NCBI GenBank assembly: GCA_031416315.1
Contig: JANOTL010000035.1
Coordinates: forward strand, 1 to 64,000
Source: Pseudomonadota bacterium
Lineage (GTDB): Bacteria > Bdellovibrionota_B > Oligoflexia > Oligoflexales > CAIYRB01
Length of the DNA: 64,000 bases
Direction: 5' to 3'
The stretch's first letter is position 1, and every line of letters begins with the position of its first letter. The position numbers and the translations under genes are program-made. Shown here in pieces: positions 12,327 to 21,077 of the stretch. Below the pieces are notes generated by a model. That model was not told where the DNA came from. It made no database searches and saw only the letters and a list, made by a program, of their open reading frames with translations.

Positions 12327-13456
12327 TGAAGCGGACGTTGCGCCTCTCCGGCTACGACATCGAGCTGACGGCGCTGGCCGCCCTCGACGAGCGCGAAATC
12401 GAGATGATCGCGCGCTACCTCGCCGGCCATCGCGACGACCCGCGATACCTAAGTGAAGGGCGCGCCGTCCTTTTGCCGGGCTCGCTTGCGCGGCGCTTCG
12501 ACGGGATCAAGCTAAAGGGCTGCGGTCTTCTCGGGGGCAAGGTCGCGCTCGGGCGCCTGCACGGAGCGCGCTATTCGGTGCCGCGCTTCGATTTCGAGGG
12601 CACGTTTCTGCCCGATCCGGCGCGCGATCATCACCGGGCGCCCGCCGGCGGCATGAGCTATCAGCAAGCGGTGAACGAGGCGAAAGTCGCGCAGTATCTC
12701 GACGGCAAGGGGTTCGAAACCCTTCCCGGTCTGGGTTACGGCTCCGTCCACAAGGACGGGATCACGAGCTGGTTCTGCATCCTCGACGCGCCGTTCGCAC
12801 CGGCGCGCTCGCACATTCAGTCGATCACCACCATCAAGCAGGCGGTCGACGCGGGCGCCCTCTACGCTTCGACGCAAGATCAGCTGTCGCGGCTCGACGT
12901 GTACTTGACGCTGCTCGGCAGCACCGTCATCGACGGCCGGATGGTGCGTAAGGATTTCCACACGGCGCGCGTCGCTTCGCTAGACGACTCGCCGGCGAGC
13001 CTTCTGGCGTATCAGCTCTTCGATCTACGCTTCGCGTTTAGGATTTACGAGGCGGCGCCTTTCGGCAGCGACGCGGAGAAGAGGCAGGCGGCTCAGAGCG
13101 CGCACCTGGAGACGCTCCTGGGCGTCGCGTTCTCGCCCCAAGCGATTCGGCGGTTCATGAGCCTCGTTTATCGACTCAGCGCCGATCCCATTCTCGATCT
13201 CTCCGGTCGGGCGCGCCTCCTCGACCGCGATCCGATCGCGAGCCTCGCGCAGCAGCAGCTTTATGAGCGTTTCGACGAGGTCGCAACCTTGCGGACGATC
13301 CTGGCGACAACGCCGGTCGTTTACGCGACGCGTCGGATTATTTGGACGACGCGGGCACAGCGGCTCATCGGTCGAGCGCTAGGTCGTTTTCGCGGCTGGT
13401 TCGCGCCTTTACGCCGGGCCTGGCGCGGCTCGATTCGACCAGCGCGCTCCAGATAG
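12323..13456 (+). CDS. Hypothetical protein with SelO/protein-kinase-like N-lobe motifs
   Basis: EGRAVLL...IKLKGCG...GGMSYQQAVNE...RKDFH; ATGA overlap with the upstream GT2. Confidence 0.55.
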   Translation: MMKRTLRLSGYDIELTALAALDEREIEMIARYLAGHRDDPRYLSEGRAVLLPGSLARRFDGIKLKGCGLLGGKVALGRLHGARYSVPRFDFEGTFLPDPARDHHRAPAGGMSYQQAVNEAKVAQYLDGKGFETLPGLGYGSVHKDGITSWFCILDAPFAPARSHIQSITTIKQAVDAGALYASTQDQLSRLDVYLTLLGSTVIDGRMVRKDFHTARVASLDDSPASLLAYQLFDLRFAFRIYEAAPFGSDAEKRQAAQSAHLETLLGVAFSPQAIRRFMSLVYRLSADPILDLSGRARLLDRDPIASLAQQQLYERFDEVATLRTILATTPVVYATRRIIWTTRAQRLIGRALGRFRGWFAPLRRAWRGSIRPARSR

Positions 13457-14378
13457 CCGGGTCCTCCATCCCGAGGCGCCAGGCGGCGATGCCGCGAAAG
13501 CCGCGGAGGTACGCGAGCGAAACGCGTAGACCGAAGGTGCGCGCGTCTTCGTAGAAGAGATACTCGCGAACATGACCCCGCCGCCAGACGGCTTCCATCG
13601 TGCACTCGCCGGGGTCGAAGCGCGGGCTGGCGCCGACGTCGCCGAGTAGGCGCTCGGATTGGGCATGGGTCAGGGCGAGGACCTTTTGCGCGAGCCAGTA
13701 GCGGCCGAAGAACGGCACGCCGAGGAAGATGCGATCGGGCAGGACACGCAGGGCCTCGAGGTGATCCAAGCAGGACCTCATCCAAGGCAGCGCGGCGATC
13801 GGTCCGGGCGGCGTACGCGACGTGTGGTTGTCGTAGGTCATGTAGACCACGAAGTCGCAGGCCGCGGCGATCGCCGCGACGTCGTAGGCTGCGCGCCACT
13901 CCGCGTCGAGCCATTGATGGTAGGGATCGTCGACCGTCGGGGTCGCGGGGCTAGGGACCACCGCGACGGAGAAGCCAAGGCCTGCGGCACGCAGCGCGTT
14001 GCCCGCTTCGCGGACGAAATCCGTGTACGCGTCGCGGTCCGCGATGAAGATGTGCTCGAAGTCGAAGTGCCAGCCCTCGAAGCGTTGTGCGCGCGCCGTC
14101 GAGACGAGGTCGCGGAGCAAGGCTTCCCGCTTGCGCGGCGCGGTCAGGAACGCATGCAGGAGCTTGGGGTCGAAGTCGGCATTCTTCAGCAGCGGCAAGA
14201 GCGGCACGTCGTGACGCCGCGCGACGTCGGCGACGCCGGGCGGCAGCTGGCCGCTCAGCCGCAGGCTTTTGTCGAGCTCGTAGCCAGTGGGCACCAGCCA
14301 ATCGATTTTCGCCGCTCGTTGGTCCAAAGCCGACAAGGTCCCGGGCGAGCCGTCGACGAGGTAGATCAGAGTTTGCAC
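13365..14378 (-). CDS. Glycoside hydrolase family 18
   Basis: FEGWHFDFE catalytic-strand motif, YMTYD, PGPIA, LGVPFFG, GIAAWRLGMED; GTG start at 14378 overlaps the regulator's 3' end. Confidence 0.85.
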   Translation of the reverse strand: MQTLIYLVDGSPGTLSALDQRAAKIDWLVPTGYELDKSLRLSGQLPPGVADVARRHDVPLLPLLKNADFDPKLLHAFLTAPRKREALLRDLVSTARAQRFEGWHFDFEHIFIADRDAYTDFVREAGNALRAAGLGFSVAVVPSPATPTVDDPYHQWLDAEWRAAYDVAAIAAACDFVVYMTYDNHTSRTPPGPIAALPWMRSCLDHLEALRVLPDRIFLGVPFFGRYWLAQKVLALTHAQSERLLGDVGASPRFDPGECTMEAVWRRGHVREYLFYEDARTFGLRVSLAYLRGFRGIAAWRLGMEDPAIWSALVESSRARPGVKARTSRENDLALDR

Positions 14379-15208
14379 AGGCCCCCCATATCCATGCAGA
14401 CGATAGCATGCGGCAGACGTTTGGCCGTGCCTGCGGGAAGCGCCCGGCCGCCGACGACGAGCTTGGCGCCGCGCGCGCTGCAGGCGCCTTCGATCGCTTC
14501 CAAAAGGCCTAAGATCTCCACCGGGGAGGCGGCGCTCGACACGCTGATCCAGACGAGATCGGGTCGTTCCTTTTCGATGGCGGCGACGAGCGTCGCGACG
14601 GGAAGGGAGGAGCCCAGGCTCTGCGCCGCCCAGCCGCGGTCCCGCAGCACGAGCTCGATCATCGCCGTCGGCAGGGCGTACGGATCGCCTTCGAGCGTGC
14701 CGCCGAGGGCTTTGCGCCGCGGCGTGCACGCCTTTGAGATCGCGCGACGCAGCTCGTCGAGCACGTGTGTCGCGACGAGGCAGGCACGATGCTCTTCATA
14801 GACAGCGATCTCGCCGCATTGCCACAGGTCGCCCACCGCGTGAAACACCGGCGCGACGACCTCGTCGAAGATCGCCGCGAGGGAGTGGCCCGAAAGAAAG
14901 AGGTCGAAGACGATCGCTCGCGCACGCGGCTCGTCGCCGGCGACGAGGGCCGCTTGCAGGTCGGCGACGGCGCGGCGCAGCGCGAGGCCCTGATTGCCGG
15001 ATGACGCGGGCAGGCCGAGCGCTTCGGGCGCGGGCATGACCTGACCGGTGGCGCGCACGTACTCGAGGACGTCGCTGATGGCGATGCGCCGATGGCCGCC
15101 CTCGGTCTTGGCGAAAGCCAAGGCGCCGTCGTCGCACCAACGCTTCACGGAGGATTCGGAGACGCCGAGCGCACGGGCGACTTGTTTTGGGGTGAGTGTT
15201 GTCCGCAT
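14366..15208 (-). CDS. MerR/excisionase-type HTH plus B12-binding-domain transcriptional regulator (CarH/LitR-like)
   Basis: LTPKQVARALGVSESSVKRW...TEGGHRR HTH; GDLW-x9-EH; Rossmann B12 domain (SLGSSLP, PDLVWISVS, VVGGRA). Confidence 0.88.
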   Translation of the reverse strand: MRTTLTPKQVARALGVSESSVKRWCDDGALAFAKTEGGHRRIAISDVLEYVRATGQVMPAPEALGLPASSGNQGLALRRAVADLQAALVAGDEPRARAIVFDLFLSGHSLAAIFDEVVAPVFHAVGDLWQCGEIAVYEEHRACLVATHVLDELRRAISKACTPRRKALGGTLEGDPYALPTAMIELVLRDRGWAAQSLGSSLPVATLVAAIEKERPDLVWISVSSAASPVEILGLLEAIEGACSARGAKLVVGGRALPAGTAKRLPHAIVCMDMGGLCKL

Positions 15209-15266
15209 GAACCGTGCGCGATTCCTAACTTGTGGACCGGCCGCCGGAGGGGTAAGGTAACACGGA

Positions 15267-15286
15267 TGAACGATTTGAACGAATTT
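15267..15286. promoter_or_regulatory. Candidate operator: tandem direct repeat TGAACGA x2 with 9-bp period
   Basis: TGAACGA-TT-TGAACGA-ATTT in the A/T-rich gap between the regulator and the divergent photolyase operon. Confidence 0.5.
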
Positions 15287-15306
15287 ATTAGCAACCGGGG
15301 TCGACG

Positions 15307-15792
15307 ATGCTCAAACTGATGCTTCTCTTGGCTTTATCCGACCCGCGCACGGTCCAGCAGGTAGACCTTCAGCGGTACGAAGGCACTTGGTACGAAATCG
15401 GCTCGATTCCACAGTGGTTCTCGCGCGGTTGCACCGGGACGACCGCCGCATACGGCTTGGAGGACGACGGCACCGTAAGCGTCCGCAACAGCTGCCGCAT
15501 CGGCGCCTTGAATGGCCCCGAGGTCGTCGCGAACGGGACGGCGCGGGCCGCGGACGCCACGAATGCGAAGCTCTCGGTCACGTTCGGGAACGAGGACGAG
15601 GCCGGCGACTATTGGATCTTGGCGCTCGCCGAGGACTATTCGAGCGTGCTCGTCGGCGGTCCGGCGCGCGACGCCCTTTGGATCCTGAGTCGCGAGCGGA
15701 CCTTGCCCGAGGAGACGGTCGAGGCGTATCTGGACCATGCGGAGGAAGACGGCTTCCCCGTCTCAACATGGGAAAGGACGCGGCAGCAGTGA
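15307..15792 (+). CDS. blc: Bacterial lipocalin
   Basis: VDLQRYEGTWYEIG, AKLSVTF, DYWIL, LWILSR. Confidence 0.92.
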   Translation: MLKLMLLLALSDPRTVQQVDLQRYEGTWYEIGSIPQWFSRGCTGTTAAYGLEDDGTVSVRNSCRIGALNGPEVVANGTARAADATNAKLSVTFGNEDEAGDYWILALAEDYSSVLVGGPARDALWILSRERTLPEETVEAYLDHAEEDGFPVSTWERTRQQ

Positions 15793-16730
15793 CCACCGTG
15801 CGCCCCAAAGTCGGCATCAGCGCGTGCGTGCTCGGTGAGCGCGTGCGCTACAACGGCGCCGGGGCGCCGAACGAATGGGTGCGCGAGGAGCTCGGCCAGC
15901 ACGTCGATTATCTGTCGATCTGCCCCGAGGTCGCCATGGGACTCGGCGTGCCGCGAGAGGCGATGCGCCTCTTAAAAAGCGCGGAAAATGGCGTGCAGCT
16001 CGTCACCTCGCGCGGCCGTCAGGACATGAGCGCGGTGGCTGCCGCGACCGTCTTTCGGCTGCTCGCGAGCCTGCCGGAGGACCTCGACGGTTATGTTTTG
16101 ATGGGTCGCTCGCCACTGTGCGGACCCGAGCGCGTCAAGCTTTACGCCGACAATGGCATCCCGGCGCACGAAGGCGTGGGTCTCTTCGCCGCGGCGCTCG
16201 CGGCGGCGCGGCCGGAGCTCGTCGTCGTCGAGGCGGGTCGGCTGACGGATCCGCGCCAACGGGAGCGTTTCATTCTGCGGCTCTTCACCCAGGCACGGGC
16301 GCGCGCGATCGAGCCGCGACCGTCGGCCTTGCAGGAATTCCATCGCCGGCACAAGTTCCTGCTCATGGCACAGGGGCGGACGCATCTGGAGACCTTGGGC
16401 CGCATCGTCGCAGATGCGCGAAAGCCGCGCATCGAAGAGGCTCTTGCTGCCTACCGTAAAGGCCTCTTCAATGCGATGAGCGGCGTCACCAAGCGTACGA
16501 CTATGGTCGATGCGATGACGCACATGTACGGGTTCATGAAGGACGAGCTCGGCGAGGCGGAAAAACTGGCTCTACGCCGTCGGATCGAGGAATACCGGCT
16601 CGGGCGAGCGACCCTGCCCGTGCCCATGGCGCTCCTCGAGTTCTGCAATCAGATCGCGCGCTCCGCCTACGTCGGCGAGCAAGCGATCTTCGCGCCTTAC
16701 CCGGAAATGAGGATCGGCGATGAGCGTTGA
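15789..16730 (+). CDS. DUF523 + DUF1722 (YbgA/2-thiouracil desulfurase-like) protein
   Basis: KVGISACVLGERVRYNG, ICPEVAMGLGVPRE, SPLCG, FHRRHKFLLMA, HMYGFMK; GTGA overlap. Confidence 0.9.
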   Translation: MTTVRPKVGISACVLGERVRYNGAGAPNEWVREELGQHVDYLSICPEVAMGLGVPREAMRLLKSAENGVQLVTSRGRQDMSAVAAATVFRLLASLPEDLDGYVLMGRSPLCGPERVKLYADNGIPAHEGVGLFAAALAAARPELVVVEAGRLTDPRQRERFILRLFTQARARAIEPRPSALQEFHRRHKFLLMAQGRTHLETLGRIVADARKPRIEEALAAYRKGLFNAMSGVTKRTTMVDAMTHMYGFMKDELGEAEKLALRRRIEEYRLGRATLPVPMALLEFCNQIARSAYVGEQAIFAPYPEMRIGDER

Positions 16731-18117
16731 GACGAAACGATTCCTGATCATGGGCGCGACCGGCTTCGTCGGTCGCGAGCTCGGCCGGCGCCTCGCCGCT
16801 GCCGGGCACCACGTCGCGATCTTGGCGCGCCAGCCCGAAAAAGTCAGAGGGTGCTTGCCGTTTCCCTGCGAGGTTTTCGCGTGGGGTGGCGGCGATGCGG
16901 ACATTCCGCCGGCGGCGGTCGAAGGCCGCGACGCGGTCGTGAATCTGGTCGGCGAAGGGATCGCCGACAGGCCGTGGACCGCGAAGCGCCGCGAGGCGAT
17001 CGTCGCCTCGCGCACGCAGTCGGTCGCCGCCTTGGCGCGCGCGCTGACCCTGGCCGTCGCGCGGCCGAGCGTCGTCGTGCAGGCCTCCGCCATCGGCTTT
17101 TACGGCGACCGCGGCGACTCTGACCTGACCGAGCAAGCGAGCGCGGGAACCGGTTTTCTCGCGGAAACCTGCGTCGCGTGGGAACGCGGCCTCGACCACT
17201 TCGAATCGATGGGAGTCCGCGTCGTCACGCTCAGGATCGGCATGGTGCTCGGCTTGACCGGCGGGGCGCTGCCGAAGCTCCTCGGCGTCTACGCCAAGGG
17301 TTTGGGCGCGGTCCTCGGCAACGGCAGGCAATGGACGAGCTGGATCCACGTCGACGACTTGACCGCGATGATCGCGACCGCGGCGGTGGATGGGCGTTGG
17401 CGCGGCGTGTTCAATGCCTCCGCGCCGGAGCCTTGTCGAAACGAGTCACTGAACGCGGCGATCGCCAAGCACGGCCGCTACGCCGCGAACAAATCCGTCC
17501 CGGCGCTCGCGCTGCGCGCGACCATGGGTAAACGGGCCGCCCTCGTCCTGGCCAGCACCAAGGTCATTCCCGCGGCCGCTGCGCGTCTCGGCTTCGCGTT
17601 CCAGTTCCCGACGATCGACGGCGCCTGCGCGGCGCTCCTCGGGGGCGCGGTCGAGCCGCATCTGCGTCGCCACGTCGTGCAGCAGTGGATCCCCGTCGCG
17701 CCGGCCGAGGTTTGGCCGTTCTTCTCGGAGGCCCGCAATCTCGAGCGCATCACGCCGCCGTGGCTCGGCTTCAAGGTCGACGACGTCAGCACCGCGGCGA
17801 TGGGCGAGGGGACGCGCATTCGCTACAGCCTGAGGCTGCACGGAATCCCGATGGCCTGGGAGTCCTTGATCACGTCTTGGAATCCCGGGCTCGGCTTCGT
17901 CGACGAGCAGAAGCGCGGTCCGTACTCGGTTTGGCACCACACGCACCTCTTCGAGGCGATGGCGGGCGGCACGCTGATGACCGACGCGGTGCAGTATAGA
18001 CTCCCGGTCGCGCCCCTCGGCGAGCTCGTCGCCGGCGCCTTCGTGGAACGGGACGTCGCGCGCATTTTCGCCCATCGCTGCAAGACCGTGGCCGCGATGA
18101 AGGCAGGTGGGTTTTGA
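16720..18117 (+). CDS. TIGR01777 NAD-dependent epimerase/oxidoreductase fused to a C-terminal SRPBCC domain
   Basis: GATGFVG, ASAIGFYG, SWIHVDD; C-terminal FFSEARNLERITPP, FVDEQKRGPY, WHHTH. Confidence 0.9.
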   Translation: MSVETKRFLIMGATGFVGRELGRRLAAAGHHVAILARQPEKVRGCLPFPCEVFAWGGGDADIPPAAVEGRDAVVNLVGEGIADRPWTAKRREAIVASRTQSVAALARALTLAVARPSVVVQASAIGFYGDRGDSDLTEQASAGTGFLAETCVAWERGLDHFESMGVRVVTLRIGMVLGLTGGALPKLLGVYAKGLGAVLGNGRQWTSWIHVDDLTAMIATAAVDGRWRGVFNASAPEPCRNESLNAAIAKHGRYAANKSVPALALRATMGKRAALVLASTKVIPAAAARLGFAFQFPTIDGACAALLGGAVEPHLRRHVVQQWIPVAPAEVWPFFSEARNLERITPPWLGFKVDDVSTAAMGEGTRIRYSLRLHGIPMAWESLITSWNPGLGFVDEQKRGPYSVWHHTHLFEAMAGGTLMTDAVQYRLPVAPLGELVAGAFVERDVARIFAHRCKTVAAMKAGGF

Positions 18118-19460
18118 GCGACGTCGGGATCGTCTGGTTGCGTCAGGACCTGCGGCTCGCGGACCAGCCGGCTCTAGCCGCCGCCGTGGCGCAACATAAG
18201 CAAGTCGTCCCGCTATACATCTGGTCACCCAACGAAGAAGGCGAGTGGGCTCCAGGCGCGGCCTCGCGCTGGTGGCTGCACGACTCGCTGGCGAGCCTCG
18301 CTGCTTCGCTCGAGGGGCTCGGCTCAGGGTTGATCTTGCGCCAGGGCGCTTCTCTCGAAGTCTTGGAAGCCATGATCGAGAAGACGGGGGCGCGCGCGGT
18401 CTACTGGAACGCACGCTATGAGCCCATCGTCGCCGCGCAGGACGCGAAGATCCGTAAGGCGCTAGCGGAACGCGGGGTCGAGGTCGTCGTCGCCAACGGC
18501 TCGCTTCTGCAGGATCCGGAGTCGATCCGCAACAAGACCGGGAATCCGTACTTGGTTTACGGCGCCTTCTGGCGCGCCGCGGCGGAGAAGTCGGTCGGCG
18601 CGGAGGTCCCGGCGCCGACGGCGCTCGCGCCCCTGCCGAAAGGCCTGAGCTCCGACGTGCTCGCCAACTGGGAGCTCAAGCCGAAGATCGCCTGGGACCT
18701 GGGCCTCCGCAGAATGTGGCGCGTCGGCGAAGTGGCGGCGCAGGCCGCCCTACGCTCGTTCTGCGGCGACGGCATCGCCGGTTACGCCGAGGGCCGCGAC
18801 ATTCCCGGGCGTACCGGGACCTCGCGCCTCAGCCCCCATCTACATTTCGGCGAGCTGAGCCCCAGGCAAGTGTGGCTCGCGGCGCGACGTTCGAAGGCTC
18901 CCGGCGCCATGACCTATCTCAAGGAAATCGTCTGGCGCGAGTTCAGCTACTACTTGCTGCACCATCATCCGCGCCTCACGAACGAGCCTCTGCGCCCGGA
19001 ATTCAAGGAATTTCGCTGGGAGGGGACGCCTTCGCAGCTCGCCGCGTGGCAGCGCGGAATGACCGGCTTCCCGATCGTCGACGCCGGGATGCGCGAGCTC
19101 TGGGAGACCGGGTGGATGCACAACCGCGTGCGTATGATCGTCGCCTCGTTCCTCGTGAAGGACCTGCGTATTCATTGGCTGGAGGGCGCGCGCTGGTTTT
19201 GGGACACGCTCGTCGACGCGGATCTGGCGAGCAACACGCAAGGATGGCAATGGACGAGCGGCTGCGGCGCCGACGCCGCGCCTTACTTCCGCGTCTTCAA
19301 TCCGAGCCTCCAGGAGAAGAAGTTCGACCCGGACGGCGCCTACGTTCGGCGTTGGGTCCCGGAGGTCGGCACCGCCGCTTATCCGAAGCCGATCGTCGAC
19401 CACGACCGCGCTCGCTTCGCCGCCCTGAAGGCGTTCGACCAGATCAAGAAGAAGGCCTGA
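18114..19460 (+). CDS. phrB: Deoxyribodipyrimidine (CPD) photolyase
   Basis: WLRQDLRLAD, TSRLSPHLHFGE, TGFPIVDAGMRELWETGWMHNRVRM, DAAPYFRVFNP. Confidence 0.96.
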   Translation: MSDVGIVWLRQDLRLADQPALAAAVAQHKQVVPLYIWSPNEEGEWAPGAASRWWLHDSLASLAASLEGLGSGLILRQGASLEVLEAMIEKTGARAVYWNARYEPIVAAQDAKIRKALAERGVEVVVANGSLLQDPESIRNKTGNPYLVYGAFWRAAAEKSVGAEVPAPTALAPLPKGLSSDVLANWELKPKIAWDLGLRRMWRVGEVAAQAALRSFCGDGIAGYAEGRDIPGRTGTSRLSPHLHFGELSPRQVWLAARRSKAPGAMTYLKEIVWREFSYYLLHHHPRLTNEPLRPEFKEFRWEGTPSQLAAWQRGMTGFPIVDAGMRELWETGWMHNRVRMIVASFLVKDLRIHWLEGARWFWDTLVDADLASNTQGWQWTSGCGADAAPYFRVFNPSLQEKKFDPDGAYVRRWVPEVGTAAYPKPIVDHDRARFAALKAFDQIKKKA

Positions 19461-20343
19461 ACGAAGCGGCGAGGAAGTCGACGAAGGCGCGCGTCTTGGC
19501 CGGCACGTGCCGGCGCGTCGGAAAGACGGCGTAGAACGTCGCGTGCGCGACCGTCCATTCCGAGAGGATCGGCACGAGGCTCCCGGCCTCGATCTCCGCC
19601 GCGCAGACAATCTCGGGCAGGAGTGCGACGCCGAAACCGGCCAAAGCCCCGTGTTTTACCGCGTGGAAGTCGTTGAGCCTAAGCACCGCCCGCACCGGCA
19701 CCTCCGCCACGCGCCCGCCGGTCGCGGTCAGGCGCCAGGCCGGCGGCTGGCGCTTGCCGGAGCCTTGGAAAAAGACGGCGTCGACGCCGGCGAGGGCTTC
19801 GATCGTCTTCGGCTTCTTGCGGTCTTGGAGCCATTGGGGGCTGGCGAAGAGCCCCAAGCGGGTCGTGCTGATTGGGCGCGCGACGAGAGAGGACTCTTTC
19901 AGCGGCGACGTCGAGGCTCGCAGCGCGAGGTCCAGACCCTCTTTCACGAGGTCGACGATACGGCTCGACAGATCGATTTCGATCTCGATCTTCGGGTAGC
20001 GCTTCAGGAAGGGCTCCAATTGCGCGATCAGGAAAGCGCCGAAATCGGGCGGCGCCGTCATCCGTAGAAGGCCGGAGGGCTCCTCGTGAGCGTCATGGAC
20101 GAAGGCGGTGACCTCCGCCGACTCCGCCGCGATGCGGCTCGCGGACTCATAGACGCGCTCGCCTTCCTCCGTCAGGCTGACGCGGCGGGTCGTGCGATGC
20201 AGAAGGCGGACGCCGAGCTCTTGCTCGAGAGCCGACACTTTCGCGCTCACGCTCGACTTTGGGAGGCCGAGCTGCGTCGCGGCGGCGGAAAAGCCGCCGG
20301 CGTCCGCGACATTCTTGAAAATTATCAAATGGTTAAGGTCCAT
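19444..20343 (-). CDS. LysR-family regulator (CrgA-like)
   Basis: FSAAATQLGLPKSSVS...LEQELGVRLLHRTTR HTH; 299 aa. Confidence 0.95.
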   Translation of the reverse strand: MDLNHLIIFKNVADAGGFSAAATQLGLPKSSVSAKVSALEQELGVRLLHRTTRRVSLTEEGERVYESASRIAAESAEVTAFVHDAHEEPSGLLRMTAPPDFGAFLIAQLEPFLKRYPKIEIEIDLSSRIVDLVKEGLDLALRASTSPLKESSLVARPISTTRLGLFASPQWLQDRKKPKTIEALAGVDAVFFQGSGKRQPPAWRLTATGGRVAEVPVRAVLRLNDFHAVKHGALAGFGVALLPEIVCAAEIEAGSLVPILSEWTVAHATFYAVFPTRRHVPAKTRAFVDFLAASFRPSS

Positions 20344-20461
20344 GGCGATTGTCCGTCAAAGGCGAACAGTGCAAGCGTATTATCGCATATTATCTGGACG
20401 GTGAAAACGTTCGACACTCATGATGGCAACGGAACACCACCACTCCTCGGAGATTTTTCGG

Positions 20462-21067
20462 ATGAAACTGCAACTCGTCACCGCCCTCTTCGCTTTCGCC
20501 TGCGCCGGCACCGCCTTTGGCGCCGATTCCAAGCTCAACGTCGACGCCGCGAAGAGCTCCGTGCAATGGACCGGCAGCAAGGTCGTCGGCGGCGCCCACA
20601 CCGGCAAGGTCAAAGTGAAGAGCGGCGGCGTCACGCTCGACGCCGGTAAAGTGAAGGGCGGCGAGGTGATCGTCGACATGACCTCGATCGTCAACGAGGA
20701 CCTGACCGACGCCACTTGGAACAAGAAGCTCGTCGATCACCTGCGCTCGCCGGACTTCTTCGACGTCACCAAGCACGAGACGGCGAAGCTGACCATCGAC
20801 GGCATCGAGTCGCAGAAGGGCAACGAGTACAAGCTCAAGGGCACGCTGACGATCAAGGGCATCTCGAAGCCGGTGACCTTCACCGCGGTGGAGCGCGAGG
20901 AGAAGGGCGGCAAGGCCGTCAAGGCGGAGCTCGCCTTCGATCGCACCGATTTCGGCGTGAAGTACAACTCCGGCAAATTCTTCCAGGGCTTGGGCGACAA
21001 GGTGATCAACGACGAGGTCAAGCTCACGGTCGACGTCGTCTTGAGCGCCGCGGCGGCGAAGACTTAA
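20462..21067 (+). CDS. YceI-family periplasmic lipid/isoprenoid-binding protein
   Basis: Signal peptide; HLRSPDFFDV, GTLTIKGISKPV, DRTDFGVKY. Confidence 0.92.
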   Translation: MKLQLVTALFAFACAGTAFGADSKLNVDAAKSSVQWTGSKVVGGAHTGKVKVKSGGVTLDAGKVKGGEVIVDMTSIVNEDLTDATWNKKLVDHLRSPDFFDVTKHETAKLTIDGIESQKGNEYKLKGTLTIKGISKPVTFTAVEREEKGGKAVKAELAFDRTDFGVKYNSGKFFQGLGDKVINDEVKLTVDVVLSAAAAKT

Positions 21068-21077
21068 AAACCCGAGC

